Below are positions 1 through 9,581 of a stretch of DNA of 64,000 bases, one piece after another. A model generated the notes under the pieces. It saw nothing but the letters and a program-made list of their open reading frames with translations. It did no database searches and was not told where the DNA came from. How positions within the stretch are numbered: the first letter of the stretch is position 1; every line of letters starts with the position of its first letter. Both the position numbers and the translations under genes were made by a program. Source of the stretch: Bacteroidia bacterium (lineage in GTDB: Bacteria > Bacteroidota > Bacteroidia > AKYH767-A > 2013-40CM-41-45); the NCBI GenBank assembly GCA_038206355.1, contig JBBRAY010000001.1:18384-82383 (forward strand), written 5' to 3'.

Positions 1-1
1 G

Positions 2-475
2 CTGTACTGGCAGTACTTTGAAGAGCTTGATAAAATTACGCCGCATGAGACGCCATTGAAACTAAAGAAACAACTTTTCATAGAGCAGAATTCTCCTTCC
101 GGAAAAGTGATTGTACCGGTCAGCGATCAGTTGCAGATTAAAGTGAGCGACAGGCTGAAGGTGAGAATAGAATTGCGCGTTGACAGAGATATGGAATACG
201 TCATGATGAAAGACATGCGCGCTTCAGGACTGGAACCTGAAAATGTATTGTCGGGATATAAATGGCAGGATGGACTTGGCTATTATGAAAGTACGCACGA
301 TGCTTCTACCGATTTCTTCTTCTCCTATTTACCAAAGGGAACCTATGTATTCGAATATCCGTTGAGGGCATCAATGCAGGGGAGTTTCTCCAATGGCATT
401 ACCAATATACAGTGCATGTATGCTCCTGAATTCGGATCACACAGTGAAGGCATCAGGGTTAAGATTGTTGAGTAA
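2..475 (+). CDS. alpha-2-macroglobulin family protein, C-terminal fragment (5' end outside window)
   Basis: The frame is open from the window edge (LYWQYFEELDKITPHETP precedes the listed Met at 56). The pattern DMRASGLEPEN...YYESTHD...LPKGTYVFEYPLRA..G.F...MYAPEF resembles the C-terminal end of bacterial alpha-2-macroglobulins. This is from memory, not a search. Confidence 0.5.
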   Translation: MYWQYFEELDKITPHETPLKLKKQLFIEQNSPSGKVIVPVSDQLQIKVSDRLKVRIELRVDRDMEYVMMKDMRASGLEPENVLSGYKWQDGLGYYESTHDASTDFFFSYLPKGTYVFEYPLRASMQGSFSNGITNIQCMYAPEFGSHSEGIRVKIVE

Positions 476-508
476 AATATAAGTGATTTACCGGAGGAAA
501 CCGAAGTC

Positions 509-1330
509 TTAAAGAATCGGTTTTATCAGATCCATGCTCAAATTCCAAAGTCGTTCTGCTATTTCAGCATCGTAATTAATTTTTTCTTTTACGTGGGGTT
601 TGCCCGGTTTTTTCAGAAAGTATCCTGAAAAATCAATGGCATTATCAGCGAGGTAAACAAAATTAGCAGCGCCCTTTTCCGGCGACGTGCCGATAATACC
701 CAGTCCGATTCTGAGAAAAATATTGGAATGACGCACGATATCTGTTTTGGCTGTACCAACATGAGCCATATTGATCACCACATTATTGCCTGGATTTCGT
801 CTTGCAAATTCCTGCACGAATAATTGATTCGCAAACATTTCCTGTGCCATGGCACGTATCATGGTGAAATTATTTTTCAATGCAATGTCTTCGAAAAATA
901 TTTTTGCTCCCTTCATAACGGGTGCCCCTACCATCACAATCTTTGCTTTTCCGGTTATCAGTTCGGGCATCAGCAATTGCGTAACAGTAAACCGACTCAG
1001 GTATTGAATTACAAATCCTGCTTCCAGACCATCCTCCGTTACTTTATAATCAGGCAGTATCACTCCCGTAGAAAGCACAAGGGTGTCAATAGATTTTGTT
1101 CTGCTTTTAATGGCAACAGCGAGATCCTTCATTCCACGAACCGATGAAATATCGATGGCAAAACCCTCCACATTGCTGTTCCCTGATTGGGATTTTATCT
1201 CGTCTATTGCACGAATGGTTTTCTCGGGATCTTTCCCATGAATAATTACACGGTATTGCTTTTTTGCCAGTGCCATCGCAACCGCCTTTCCGATTCCGCT
1301 ATTTCCTCCTGAAATAACTGCTGTTTTCAT
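509..1330 (-). CDS. SDR family oxidoreductase
   Basis: 273-aa ORF with an N-terminal Rossmann motif (VISGGNSGIGKAVA) and short-chain dehydrogenase length. Confidence 0.85.
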   Translation of the reverse strand: MKTAVISGGNSGIGKAVAMALAKKQYRVIIHGKDPEKTIRAIDEIKSQSGNSNVEGFAIDISSVRGMKDLAVAIKSRTKSIDTLVLSTGVILPDYKVTEDGLEAGFVIQYLSRFTVTQLLMPELITGKAKIVMVGAPVMKGAKIFFEDIALKNNFTMIRAMAQEMFANQLFVQEFARRNPGNNVVINMAHVGTAKTDIVRHSNIFLRIGLGIIGTSPEKGAANFVYLADNAIDFSGYFLKKPGKPHVKEKINYDAEIAERLWNLSMDLIKPIL

Positions 1331-1438
1331 GTTTGTGACTAAAAATAATAACGGTGAATTTACACCGAATCGTCTGATAAAAATGCAAACATTGTCGATT
1401 TCTTACCTGCAGGGGAGTGGTACGCAAATGAAATAAAT

Positions 1439-1446
1439 TACCTTTG
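1439..1446 (+). promoter_or_regulatory. Bacteroidota-type -7 promoter box TACCTTTG (TAnnTTTG)
   Basis: Perfect match to the TAnnTTTG consensus, 61 nt upstream of the helicase ATG at 1508. Confidence 0.4.
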
Positions 1447-1507
1447 CAATTACCGTAAATAGTGGAAGAACACGCTGTCGTTTCCTTCTTCCATTGGGAT
1501 TTAAAGT

Positions 1508-3820
1508 ATGTCAGAAAATTACCTTGAACAGTTGAATGATGCACAGCGCGCGGCCGTTGTACATACCGACGGGCCCGTGATGATCATTGCAGGCGCCGGG
1601 TCAGGAAAGACTCGCGTGCTTACCTACCGCATAGCCCACCTGCTGGGAAAGGGTGTGGATGCATTTAACATCCTCGCGCTCACCTTTACCAATAAGGCCA
1701 GCAAAGCGATGCGTGAACGTATTGAAAAAATAATGGGCAATGAGGCAAAGAATTTATGGATGGGAACTTTTCATGCCGTCTTCGCAAAAATCCTCCGCAT
1801 TGAATCAGAGAAGCTCGGATATCCGCACAACTTCACCATTTATGATATGGATGATGCGAAGAGTTTGATGCGTGACATCATCAAAGAAAATGGCCTGGAC
1901 GATAAAATGTATAAGCCCGATCTTGTATTGAAAAGGATTTCGGCGGCAAAAAACAACCTCTATTCCTGGAAAGATTATCAGGAGAATACCAACTTTGTAA
2001 ATGATGACATTACCAGCGGAAGGCCTAAGGTGGGACTGCTTTTTGAACTGTACAGCAGGCGTTGTTTCAAGGCCTCGGGAATGGACTTTGATGATTTGCT
2101 GTATAACATGTGGATGCTGTTGAATAAATCTCCGGAAGCCCTTAACAAATACCAGCACAAATTTAAATATGTGCTCGTGGATGAGTTTCAGGATACCAAT
2201 TATGCGCAGTACATGATATTGAAAAAACTAGCTGCTGCTTTTGAAAATATTTGTGTGGTGGGTGACGATGCACAAAGTATTTATGCATTCCGTGGTGCGA
2301 ACATCAACAACATTTTATCTTTTGAAAAGGATTACCCGGATCTGAATGTTTTCAAGCTGGAACAAAATTACAGGAGTACGAAAACGATTGTTCATACCGC
2401 CAACCACCTCATCGCTTTTAATAAAAAGCAACTGAAGAAAGAAGTGTGGACGGATAATGACAATGGTGAAAAAATAAAACTTGTTCGCGCACTCAGCGAC
2501 AATGAAGAAGGTGTAATGGTAGCGAATTCGATTTTTGAGACAAAAGTCAACAACCAGTGGCGCAATAAAGATTTCGCAATTCTATACCGCACCAATGCGC
2601 AAAGTCGTTCGTTTGAAGAAGCGTTGCGAAAGATGAATATCAGCTACCGCATTTACGGTGGATTGTCATTTTACAAGCGCAAAGAAATCAAAGACCTGAT
2701 TGCCTACTTCCGGCTAGTGATCAACAACAACGATGAAGAGGCATTGAAGCGCATCATCAATGTACCGGCGCGTGGAATCGGAAAAACAACGCTGGAGAAA
2801 ATTACTGTCACGGCATCTGAAAAAGACAAGAGTCTCTGGGAGATTATTTCCAACGCAAAATTAAATGAAGCTGAACTAAACAGCGGAACACTTACCAAGA
2901 CCGGTGAGTTTGTGACGATGCTAAAAAGTTTTGCGGTGAAGCTGAAGCATGACAATGCCTATGATCTTGCCAGTCATATCGCAGCGAGTACCGGTTTGTT
3001 AAAAGATCTGTATACTGACAAAACGCCTGAAGGTTTGAGTCGCTATGAAAACGTTCAGGAGTTACTGAGTGGTATTAAAGAATTTGTTGAAACGGGAAGA
3101 TCAATCACGCCACTTGGTGATGAAAGTTCGTTTACTGATACCGGCGAAGTGCGCACGCTGGAAATGTATATGCAAGACATCTCTCTGCTCACTGATGCAG
3201 ATGATGAAAACAAAGATGCTGATACAGTTTCACTGATGACGATTCATGCTTCAAAGGGTCTTGAATTCCCGGCTATTTTTGTGGTGGGCCTTGAAGAAAA
3301 TCTTTTCCCTTCTCAGTTGTCATTAAATTCGAGGGATGATCTTGAGGAGGAACGCAGACTGTTTTATGTTGCCATTACGCGTGCAGAAAAAAAACTAACA
3401 CTGAGCTATGCCAACTCCCGTTTTCGCTGGGGGAATTTAATCAGCAATGAGCCGAGTCGTTTTATCGAAGAGCTCGACATGCAGCACATTGAAGAAACAG
3501 GAGTTCGCAAGCCGAAATTTGACTTTATATTCAACGGCGCGAATGAGCGATGGGATTCAGATCCTAAACCCGGAAAGGGCAGTTTGCTTACCGGGCATGG
3601 AAATTTGAAAAAAGTAAGTTCTGAAGACATTAAAAATTTCGCCGGTGATGATACTTCTGATATTCAGGTGGGAATGGAAGTTGAGCACCAGCGTTTTGGA
3701 GTAGGAAAGGTGTTGCTGCTCGAAGGCGCCGGGGCCGACCGAAAAGCCATGATATTTTTTCAAGGCATCGGACAGAAGCAGCTTTTACTCAAGTTTGCGA
3801 AGCTCAAAATTCTTAGCTGA
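1508..3820 (+). CDS. ATP-dependent DNA helicase, UvrD/PcrA/Rep family
   Basis: 770 aa with Walker A (AGAGSGKTRVLT), motif II (VLVDEFQDTN), QNYRST and TIHASKGLEF motifs, plus the C-terminal VGMEVEHQRFGVGKV tail typical of PcrA/UvrD. Confidence 0.92.
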   Translation: MSENYLEQLNDAQRAAVVHTDGPVMIIAGAGSGKTRVLTYRIAHLLGKGVDAFNILALTFTNKASKAMRERIEKIMGNEAKNLWMGTFHAVFAKILRIESEKLGYPHNFTIYDMDDAKSLMRDIIKENGLDDKMYKPDLVLKRISAAKNNLYSWKDYQENTNFVNDDITSGRPKVGLLFELYSRRCFKASGMDFDDLLYNMWMLLNKSPEALNKYQHKFKYVLVDEFQDTNYAQYMILKKLAAAFENICVVGDDAQSIYAFRGANINNILSFEKDYPDLNVFKLEQNYRSTKTIVHTANHLIAFNKKQLKKEVWTDNDNGEKIKLVRALSDNEEGVMVANSIFETKVNNQWRNKDFAILYRTNAQSRSFEEALRKMNISYRIYGGLSFYKRKEIKDLIAYFRLVINNNDEEALKRIINVPARGIGKTTLEKITVTASEKDKSLWEIISNAKLNEAELNSGTLTKTGEFVTMLKSFAVKLKHDNAYDLASHIAASTGLLKDLYTDKTPEGLSRYENVQELLSGIKEFVETGRSITPLGDESSFTDTGEVRTLEMYMQDISLLTDADDENKDADTVSLMTIHASKGLEFPAIFVVGLEENLFPSQLSLNSRDDLEEERRLFYVAITRAEKKLTLSYANSRFRWGNLISNEPSRFIEELDMQHIEETGVRKPKFDFIFNGANERWDSDPKPGKGSLLTGHGNLKKVSSEDIKNFAGDDTSDIQVGMEVEHQRFGVGKVLLLEGAGADRKAMIFFQGIGQKQLLLKFAKLKILS

Positions 3821-3960
3821 ATAGCAGAATCTTCCTATCTTGCACGACCCAAATGTGTTACGCGTCGCCAGCCATCCCTACGGAAACTGAAGACCCAGCA
3901 TCAATTAGCAAACGCATTTCCCAATTCATCAATACAGAACATCAGATAATTTACAATCCA

Positions 3961-4617
3961 ATGGAATACAATTCAACCAGAAACCGTCTCGTCATTCCTG
4001 AATATGGCAGGAATATTCAAAAGATGATTGAATATGCCATCACTATTGAAGACCGTGAGGAGCGCAACAAAGCTGCAAAAGCTATTGTGGCTGTGATGGG
4101 TTACCTGAATCCGCAATTGCAGAACATCACCGACTTCAAACACAAATTGTGGGATCATCTTTTTGTGATTTCTGATTTTAAACTTGATGTTGATTCACCG
4201 TATCCTATCCCGACAAAAGATACTTTCAGAAGTAAACCACAGCGGGTTCCTTATCCGAATAACAAAATTAAGTATAAATATTACGGGGTGAATATGGAAA
4301 CGATGATCGGGAAAATTGCTGCACTGGAAGATGGGCAACGCAAAGACCAGATCACGCAAAACATCGCCAACTTTATGAAGATGTCGTATCTCACCTGGAA
4401 CAAAGATACCGTTGATGATACCACCATTCTCGGGCATCTCGAACAACTCTCTGCTTCCAAATTAAAACTTTCAGAAACTGCACGCCTCAATCATACCAAC
4501 GAACTTCTTGTGCTGAGTAAGGAAAAAGAACGCGAGCGTGAACGTGAGCGCAAACAAAACCGTGGCGGCGGAAGAAATAACAAGAACAATAATAATAACA
4601 GGAGAAGGAAGAAATAG
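3961..4617 (+). CDS. DUF4290 domain protein with an Arg/Asn/Lys-rich tail
   Basis: MEYNSTRNRLVIPEYGRNIQKMIEY is the usual DUF4290 N-terminus, so the start is moved from 3853 to the Met at 3961. The tail reads KEKERERERERKQNRGGGRNNKNNNNNRRRKK. Confidence 0.65.
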   Translation: MEYNSTRNRLVIPEYGRNIQKMIEYAITIEDREERNKAAKAIVAVMGYLNPQLQNITDFKHKLWDHLFVISDFKLDVDSPYPIPTKDTFRSKPQRVPYPNNKIKYKYYGVNMETMIGKIAALEDGQRKDQITQNIANFMKMSYLTWNKDTVDDTTILGHLEQLSASKLKLSETARLNHTNELLVLSKEKERERERERKQNRGGGRNNKNNNNNRRRKK

Positions 4618-4774
4618 AAACCTGGTTGAGTAGTTTAATAGTTGATTGGTTTATTAATTTATTAAATTCATTTGATGATTTCGGTTTTACAAATCAACCT
4701 ATTAACCAATCAACCATTCAATCTATTCACGAATCAACGAGTCAACCATTCAACCAAAGAACGAAAAAACAAAA

Positions 4775-5422
4775 ATGGAAGACAGTACTACGCGCGAAAA
4801 AATACTCAAGAAGATCCGGAAGGCATTGACGAATCACCGTTCACAGCCCTTTCCGAAAATTGACTGGGATAGTAACGTCCATGTACTTTCAACCGATTCA
4901 CTTGAAGAATCATTTGCAAGAGAACTTACCGGGCTCGGCGGGCACTTTATCTTTTGTGAGAATGAACTTGATTTTCTGGAGCAACTTGTTCAGCATTCTG
5001 TTGAAGGGGGTTGGAAAAAAATCTATTGTTATGAAACGGAGTTGTGCGACCTTCTGGAAAAAGTTGAATTTCCATTTTCCCGCGAGCAAAATGATTTCAA
5101 AGAAGGAATGGTGGCCATCACATCGTGTGAGGCGCTTGTGGCAAGGCTTGGCAGCGTGATGATTTCTTCCAGGTCCCAATCAGGGAGAAGACTGGTCGTG
5201 GTTCCGACAACACATGTGATTTTTGCGAAAACTTCACAGCTTGTTCCTGATGTTAAGGATGCATTGCTGCTGATTAAGAATAAATACCCGGATCGCTTGC
5301 CGTCATTTATTGCATCTCTGGCCGGACCAAGTCGTACGGCTGACATTGAGAAAACACTGGTAACACCTGCGCATGGGCCAAGGGATATTTTTGTTTTCCT
5401 GATTGATGACATGGCTAAATAA
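4775..5422 (+). CDS. LUD domain protein (LutC/YkgG-like)
   Basis: 215 aa. The C-terminal half (GSVMISSRSQSGRRLVVVPTTHVIFAKTSQLVPDV...GPSRTADIEKTLV.PAHGPR) fits the LUD/LutC fold pattern. Confidence 0.65.
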   Translation: MEDSTTREKILKKIRKALTNHRSQPFPKIDWDSNVHVLSTDSLEESFARELTGLGGHFIFCENELDFLEQLVQHSVEGGWKKIYCYETELCDLLEKVEFPFSREQNDFKEGMVAITSCEALVARLGSVMISSRSQSGRRLVVVPTTHVIFAKTSQLVPDVKDALLLIKNKYPDRLPSFIASLAGPSRTADIEKTLVTPAHGPRDIFVFLIDDMAK

Positions 5423-5555
5423 TATCGAATATGAAATTCCTAAATCCGAAAACGGACCTGCAGAATTTTATATATTGTACTTTTATTATTTATTTTTTCC
5501 TCCCCGGAATTAATGGGAGCGTAATTTAATTATTCAAAATAATTTCTAAACTGTA

Positions 5556-5762
5556 ATGGAAAACGACTGGATCAGTATATTTTCTTCAGGCCAGCCACAT
5601 CTGATAGAAATGGCAAAAGGGATTCTTCTTGAAAACCAAATTGAGAGCGTTGTGGTTGACAAAAGAGATTCAGCATATATTACAATAGGTGAACTTGAGT
5701 TATTTGTCAGGGACCGTGACGTGATGAAAGCAAAATTCATTCTTGAAAAAAATCCATTGTGA
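5556..5762 (+). CDS. DUF2007-type putative signal-transducing small protein
   Basis: 68 aa. The pattern MENDWISIFSSGQPHLIEMAKGILLENQIESVVVDKRDS is typical of DUF2007. Its stop overlaps the cdsA GTG start (GTGA). Confidence 0.55.
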   Translation: MENDWISIFSSGQPHLIEMAKGILLENQIESVVVDKRDSAYITIGELELFVRDRDVMKAKFILEKNPL

Positions 5763-6592
5763 ATAACCTTGCCAAAAGAACTGTTGTTGGAGTCCCTGGA
5801 GCTGCCGCTATCGTGTGGCTTATTTTCTTCAATGAATATTCTTTCGCCTTTCTTTTTTTCCTGATCACTGTTTTATCACTGAATGAATTTTACACCCGTT
5901 CGACTTCAGCGCAAATCGTACCTCAGAAATGGATGGGAATTTTTGCAGGAATTTTTTTCTTTGCAATTATCATCTCCCTGAAATGTGATCTGTCGATGGT
6001 ATTCAATACCACAACAGGATTACTAATATTCATACCCGTCTTGTTTTCAATTTTTGCAATTGAGATGTACAGAAATACGCCGCATCCGTTTACGAATATT
6101 GCTTTTACCATTTTAGCAATCGTGTACATCCCTGTAACGATGGGCATGGCAACACTGATCGGATGGAGCAGTGGTGACGGGCAGTTTCATCCTTCCAATA
6201 TGTTCGGTTACTTTTTCATTTTATGGGCGCATGACATCGGTGCTTATTTCGCAGGCCGATGGTGGGGAAAGCATAAATTATTTGAACGCATCTCCCCTAA
6301 AAAAACATGGGAAGGAACGGCAGGTGGCGTTGTGCTTGCATTTATTGTTGCACATTTTATTGCCTTGTATTGTCCGGGGCTATCCAGGATTGAATGGCTG
6401 GCAGTAACGGTTATCATCCTCATCACTTCTACATTGGGAGATCTGGTGGAGAGTATGTTCAAGCGCAGCATCAGCATTAAAGATTCCGGAACACTTTTAC
6501 CAGGACATGGCGGTATGCTTGACCGGTTTGACGGATTGTTTTTGTCGGCGCCGTTTGTGTATGTGTTTCTGGAGCTGCTACACAGATACTGA
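5759..6592 (+). CDS. cdsA: phosphatidate cytidylyltransferase
   Basis: 277-aa polytopic membrane protein with the CDS signature SPKKTWEG...GDL.ES..KR..-IKDSG.LLPGHGG.LDR.D. GTG start at 5759. Confidence 0.88.
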   Translation: MNNLAKRTVVGVPGAAAIVWLIFFNEYSFAFLFFLITVLSLNEFYTRSTSAQIVPQKWMGIFAGIFFFAIIISLKCDLSMVFNTTTGLLIFIPVLFSIFAIEMYRNTPHPFTNIAFTILAIVYIPVTMGMATLIGWSSGDGQFHPSNMFGYFFILWAHDIGAYFAGRWWGKHKLFERISPKKTWEGTAGGVVLAFIVAHFIALYCPGLSRIEWLAVTVIILITSTLGDLVESMFKRSISIKDSGTLLPGHGGMLDRFDGLFLSAPFVYVFLELLHRY

Positions 6593-6594
6593 AA

Positions 6595-6664
6595 TTCGAC
6601 CCCTTCGGGGTCGGGGGTCATAGGTGATTTTTTGTTACAAACAGGAGACCCCTACGGGGTCGAA
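6595..6664. terminator. pair of GC hairpins between convergent genes (CGACCCC-ttc-GGGGTCG and GACCCC-tac-GGGGTC)
   Basis: The stems can be read directly at 6597-6613 and 6647-6661. A T-run follows the first on the + strand. They lie between the cdsA stop and the stop of the minus-strand T9SS gene. Confidence 0.45.
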
Positions 6665-6728
6665 GAAAGAATTCATTTCCTGATTGTACTTTTTCTGAAT
6701 GTAAATTTCTAACCGTGAAATTTCAAAA

Positions 6729-8270
6729 TCAGAGTTTCACAATTTTTCTATTGATAATTTTTGCTTCTGTGTGAATATTTAAAAGGTAAACTCCTGGTGG
6801 TACATCCGACAAATCAATGTACTGATTATTCGTTATTTCAATTTCAAAAATTTTCCTCCCTGTTAAATTGAAAATGGTAAGCAACGTTTTTTCCACGTAA
6901 TTGAAGCAAATGGAAATTTTATTTTGAAAAGGGTTAGGGGAAATAATAATGTTTCTGTCATCCAGAATCTCCTTAGTAAAAAGTTGCAAGCATAAGTCAT
7001 TCGAAATCGGATTGGAAATTGCCGAAATACTTATCGTGTCATTGGTTACAGAATATGCTGCAATTGGGAAAGAAGAAAGCATTCCGCTTGTTAATGATTC
7101 TGTAGTTGCAATAATCGGGAATGAAGAATTGGTAATATTGCAGGCATTTAGCAACGTATCAAAAACCAATATCCCTGGATAAAAACTTGCACCCACATGA
7201 TATTGAACTCCACAGCAGATGTATCCATTCTTGTAATGCATCTGTTTAGGGTAAATGCCATCCATTAGCGGGCTATTTAACCTTTTACTGAATTGAATGT
7301 TTCCCGAACTGTTAAGCTTAATAGCTAAAAAACCATGATCCGTACCCTGGTTTACATCGACGGCAGCAATCATGTAAATATTCCCTGAACTATCACTTGT
7401 TGCACCAAAAACAATATAGGCAGTATCTGCTCCCTGTTGTGCTTTGATCGATTCCTCCCAATCAATACTTCCATTCTCTCTAAATTTCATAAGGAAGATA
7501 TAATTCTCATAAGGAATATTTCCCAATCCACCGGGGTGCGTATAGGCATATAAAAGATATGTTGAATCAGGTAGTTCAATAATTTCCTTTGTAACGAATG
7601 ATATCCCAATATCTAGATATGTACTGTAACAAGTCGTATCGATGTTTCCATCGGTATTCATTTTTGATATGCTCTCCTCATATCCAATACCAGGGTACCG
7701 AGTAACAAACCAACCACCACCAATTCTGGAATGAAAACCACTTGAAATGAAGGGTCCGAAATTGGTGGGATCGCACCAACTGTTTATCACATTGCCTGAA
7801 GTATCAATGGTTAAAAGCGCGTTATATTCATTATTTAATGTATTCGAATTATATTGCACCGAAGAAATGTAGATTCTATCACCATTCAAAACCATAGCCG
7901 AAGGATAGTTGCTGTTCCCATTGCCAAGAGGGCATACGGATGTAGAAATATCCTTAGCCCAAATAATATTTCCTGAAGTATCCGATTTTACAATACCGGT
8001 TGTCGAATAGGTGCTATCGGTGGAAAAAGAATAATAATAATTGTCATCAAATATGCGTGTATAGGCCCTAGTTTCCTTTGCCCAGATAATATTGCCCTAA
8101 TAATCCGTTTTTATTATTTGATTTGGGAATGTATTCTTTGATATGTAAATATTGTCCTTTGTAAAATTGAAACTGGCAGTGGCATTCTCATTTATATAAA
8201 ATGAATTCGGAACCTGTCCAATCACAACTTGAAAAAACAAAGAAAAAAAAACTGAAAAATACTTTTTCAT
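6729..8270 (-). pseudogene. T9SS type-A sorting domain protein interrupted by an in-frame TAG
   Basis: The ATG at 8270 gives a signal-peptide-like N-terminus (MKKYFSVFFSLFFQVVIGQ). The same frame runs to 6729 except for TAG at 8099-8097 (IIKTDY*GNIIWAKE, compared with the later repeat VKSDTSGNIIWAKD). The C-terminus ISPNPFQNKISI...VYLLNIHT..KIVKL is a T9SS CTD. Confidence 0.7.
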
Positions 8271-8401
8271 CTTTATATTATCCTCGAAATTATTTAAAAG
8301 ACCATTTCATGTTTTGGCATTTTGGCAAGATGTCTGAATTTATAGGTAAACAACAACTAGTGTTAAGTTAAGCATAATATGACGTATTAAATATATATCA
8401 G

Positions 8402-8409
8402 TATCTTTG
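8402..8409 (+). promoter_or_regulatory. -7 promoter box TATCTTTG inside the IS left end
   Basis: Perfect TAnnTTTG, 16 nt upstream of the transposase ATG at 8425. Confidence 0.4.
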
Positions 8410-8424
8410 TAAAAAAATTTACAA

Positions 8425-9557
8425 ATGATACGATACACTATCAAACTAACCAAACCAGAAGTAGAAGAACTGATGAGCATCATAAATAAGGGGTCGCATA
8501 CTTCTCAAACATTTCGTTCTGCTTATATTTTGTTAAATTGTGATGAAGGTAAGTATTCAAGTAAAGTTGTCAATGAGCAAATCAGCAAAGTTTTAAAGGT
8601 TGGAATGCGAACGATAGATAGGGTTAAAAAAAAATTTATTGATGAAGGGTTTGAAGCAAGCTTGGAAAGGCGTCCCACCACGCGCGAATACGACAAGAAA
8701 ATGGATGGTGATACGGAGGCAAAATTAGTTACACTTTGCTGTAGTGATCCACCGAAAGGTTTTGCAAAATGGTCGTTGCGCTTATTGGCAGAAAAAATGG
8801 TGGAACTAAAATATGTTGATAGCATTTCTCATGTATCGGTAAGAAGCGTTTTAAAAAAAACGAACTTAAGCCTTGGAAAGTAAAGGGCTGGGTGATTCCT
8901 CCGGAGAAAAACAGTGAGTTTGTGGCTAATATGGAAAGAGTTTTAGATGTTTATAAAAGACCATATGATAAGGACTACCCGGTGGTTTGCATGGATGAAT
9001 CGCCCAAGCAATTAATAGAGGAAGCAAAACCATCGATTGCTATGAAACCGCGACAGGAAGCCAGAGTAGACTATGAATACGTGAGAAATGGTGTGGTAAA
9101 TATTTTCATGGCAAATGAACCGTTAAAGGGAAAACGGATGACTGAAGTAACAGAGTTCAAAACCAAAAAAGAATGGGCCATGTTTATTAAAACAATTGCT
9201 GATGAGCAATACCCTAAAGCAAAAAAAATCACGCTAGTGATGGATAATTTTAAAACACATTCGGCATCCGCGTTTTACGAAACCTTTGAACCTTCAGAAG
9301 CCAAGCGGTTATGGGATAGATTTGAATTTGTCTTTACACCTAAACACGGTAGTTGGCTAAATATGGCAGAAATAGAACTTCATGTGCTAAACGGACAATG
9401 CTTAAGCAGGCATATCTCGACGATGGAAAAAATAAAACAAGAAGTTGATGCCTGGCAAATTCATCGGAACAATAAAAACAGTAAAATCAACTGGCAGTTT
9501 ACAAACAAGGACGCAAGAGTGAAATTAAAAAAATTGTATCCGTCAATTCAGAATTAA
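8425..9557 (+). CDS. IS630-family transposase, two frames joined by a -1 frameshift
   Basis: The 8425-8883 frame encodes the HTH part and the 8892-9557 frame the DDE part. Reading TTA AAA AAA AAC GAA CTT AAG CCT TGG AAA GTA AAG GGC TGG across the A8 run restores LKKNELKPWKVKGWVIPPE, the usual junction of this family. The stop TAA (9555-9557) lies inside the right IR. Confidence 0.85.
8853..8860 (+). promoter_or_regulatory. A8 slippery run, candidate -1 ribosomal or transcriptional frameshift site
   Basis: This is the only position where shifting from frame 1 to frame 0 joins the two transposase reading frames without a stop. Confidence 0.6.
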
Positions 9558-9581
9558 CATAACACTAGTTTGCTGTATTTT

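Larger units (their letters stand above)
8349..9576 (+). mobile_element. IS630-family insertion sequence (about 1.2 kb)
   Basis: 17-bp terminal inverted repeats AACTAGTGTTA[A/T]GTTAA at 8355-8371 and 9554-9570 (1 mismatch), extendable outward with one indel. TA dinucleotides at 8347-8348 and 9576-9577 may be the target duplication. Exact ends are uncertain by a few bp. Confidence 0.8.

Noticed and set aside
1508-3820. The UvrD-family helicase (and the AAA+ ATPase at 44275-45813) as parts of a defence system.
   Set aside because: Both are full-length housekeeping-type proteins with canonical motifs, and their neighbours are housekeeping genes. There are no adjacent nuclease, methylase, TIR, SIR2 or other effector genes.
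4501-4617. Repetitive DNA at the 3' end of the DUF4290 gene (gaacgcgagcgtgaacgtgagcgc, then AAC/AAT runs).
   Set aside because: It is in frame and encodes an ERERERER...NNNNNRRRKK low-complexity tail, so it is coding low complexity rather than a separate element.
5431-5529. 32-codon hydrophobic ORF (MKFLNPKTDLQNFIYCTFIIYFFLPGINGSVI) between the LUD and DUF2007 genes.
   Set aside because: No promoter box, no recognisable family, and AT-rich spacer sequence yields such ORFs by chance.
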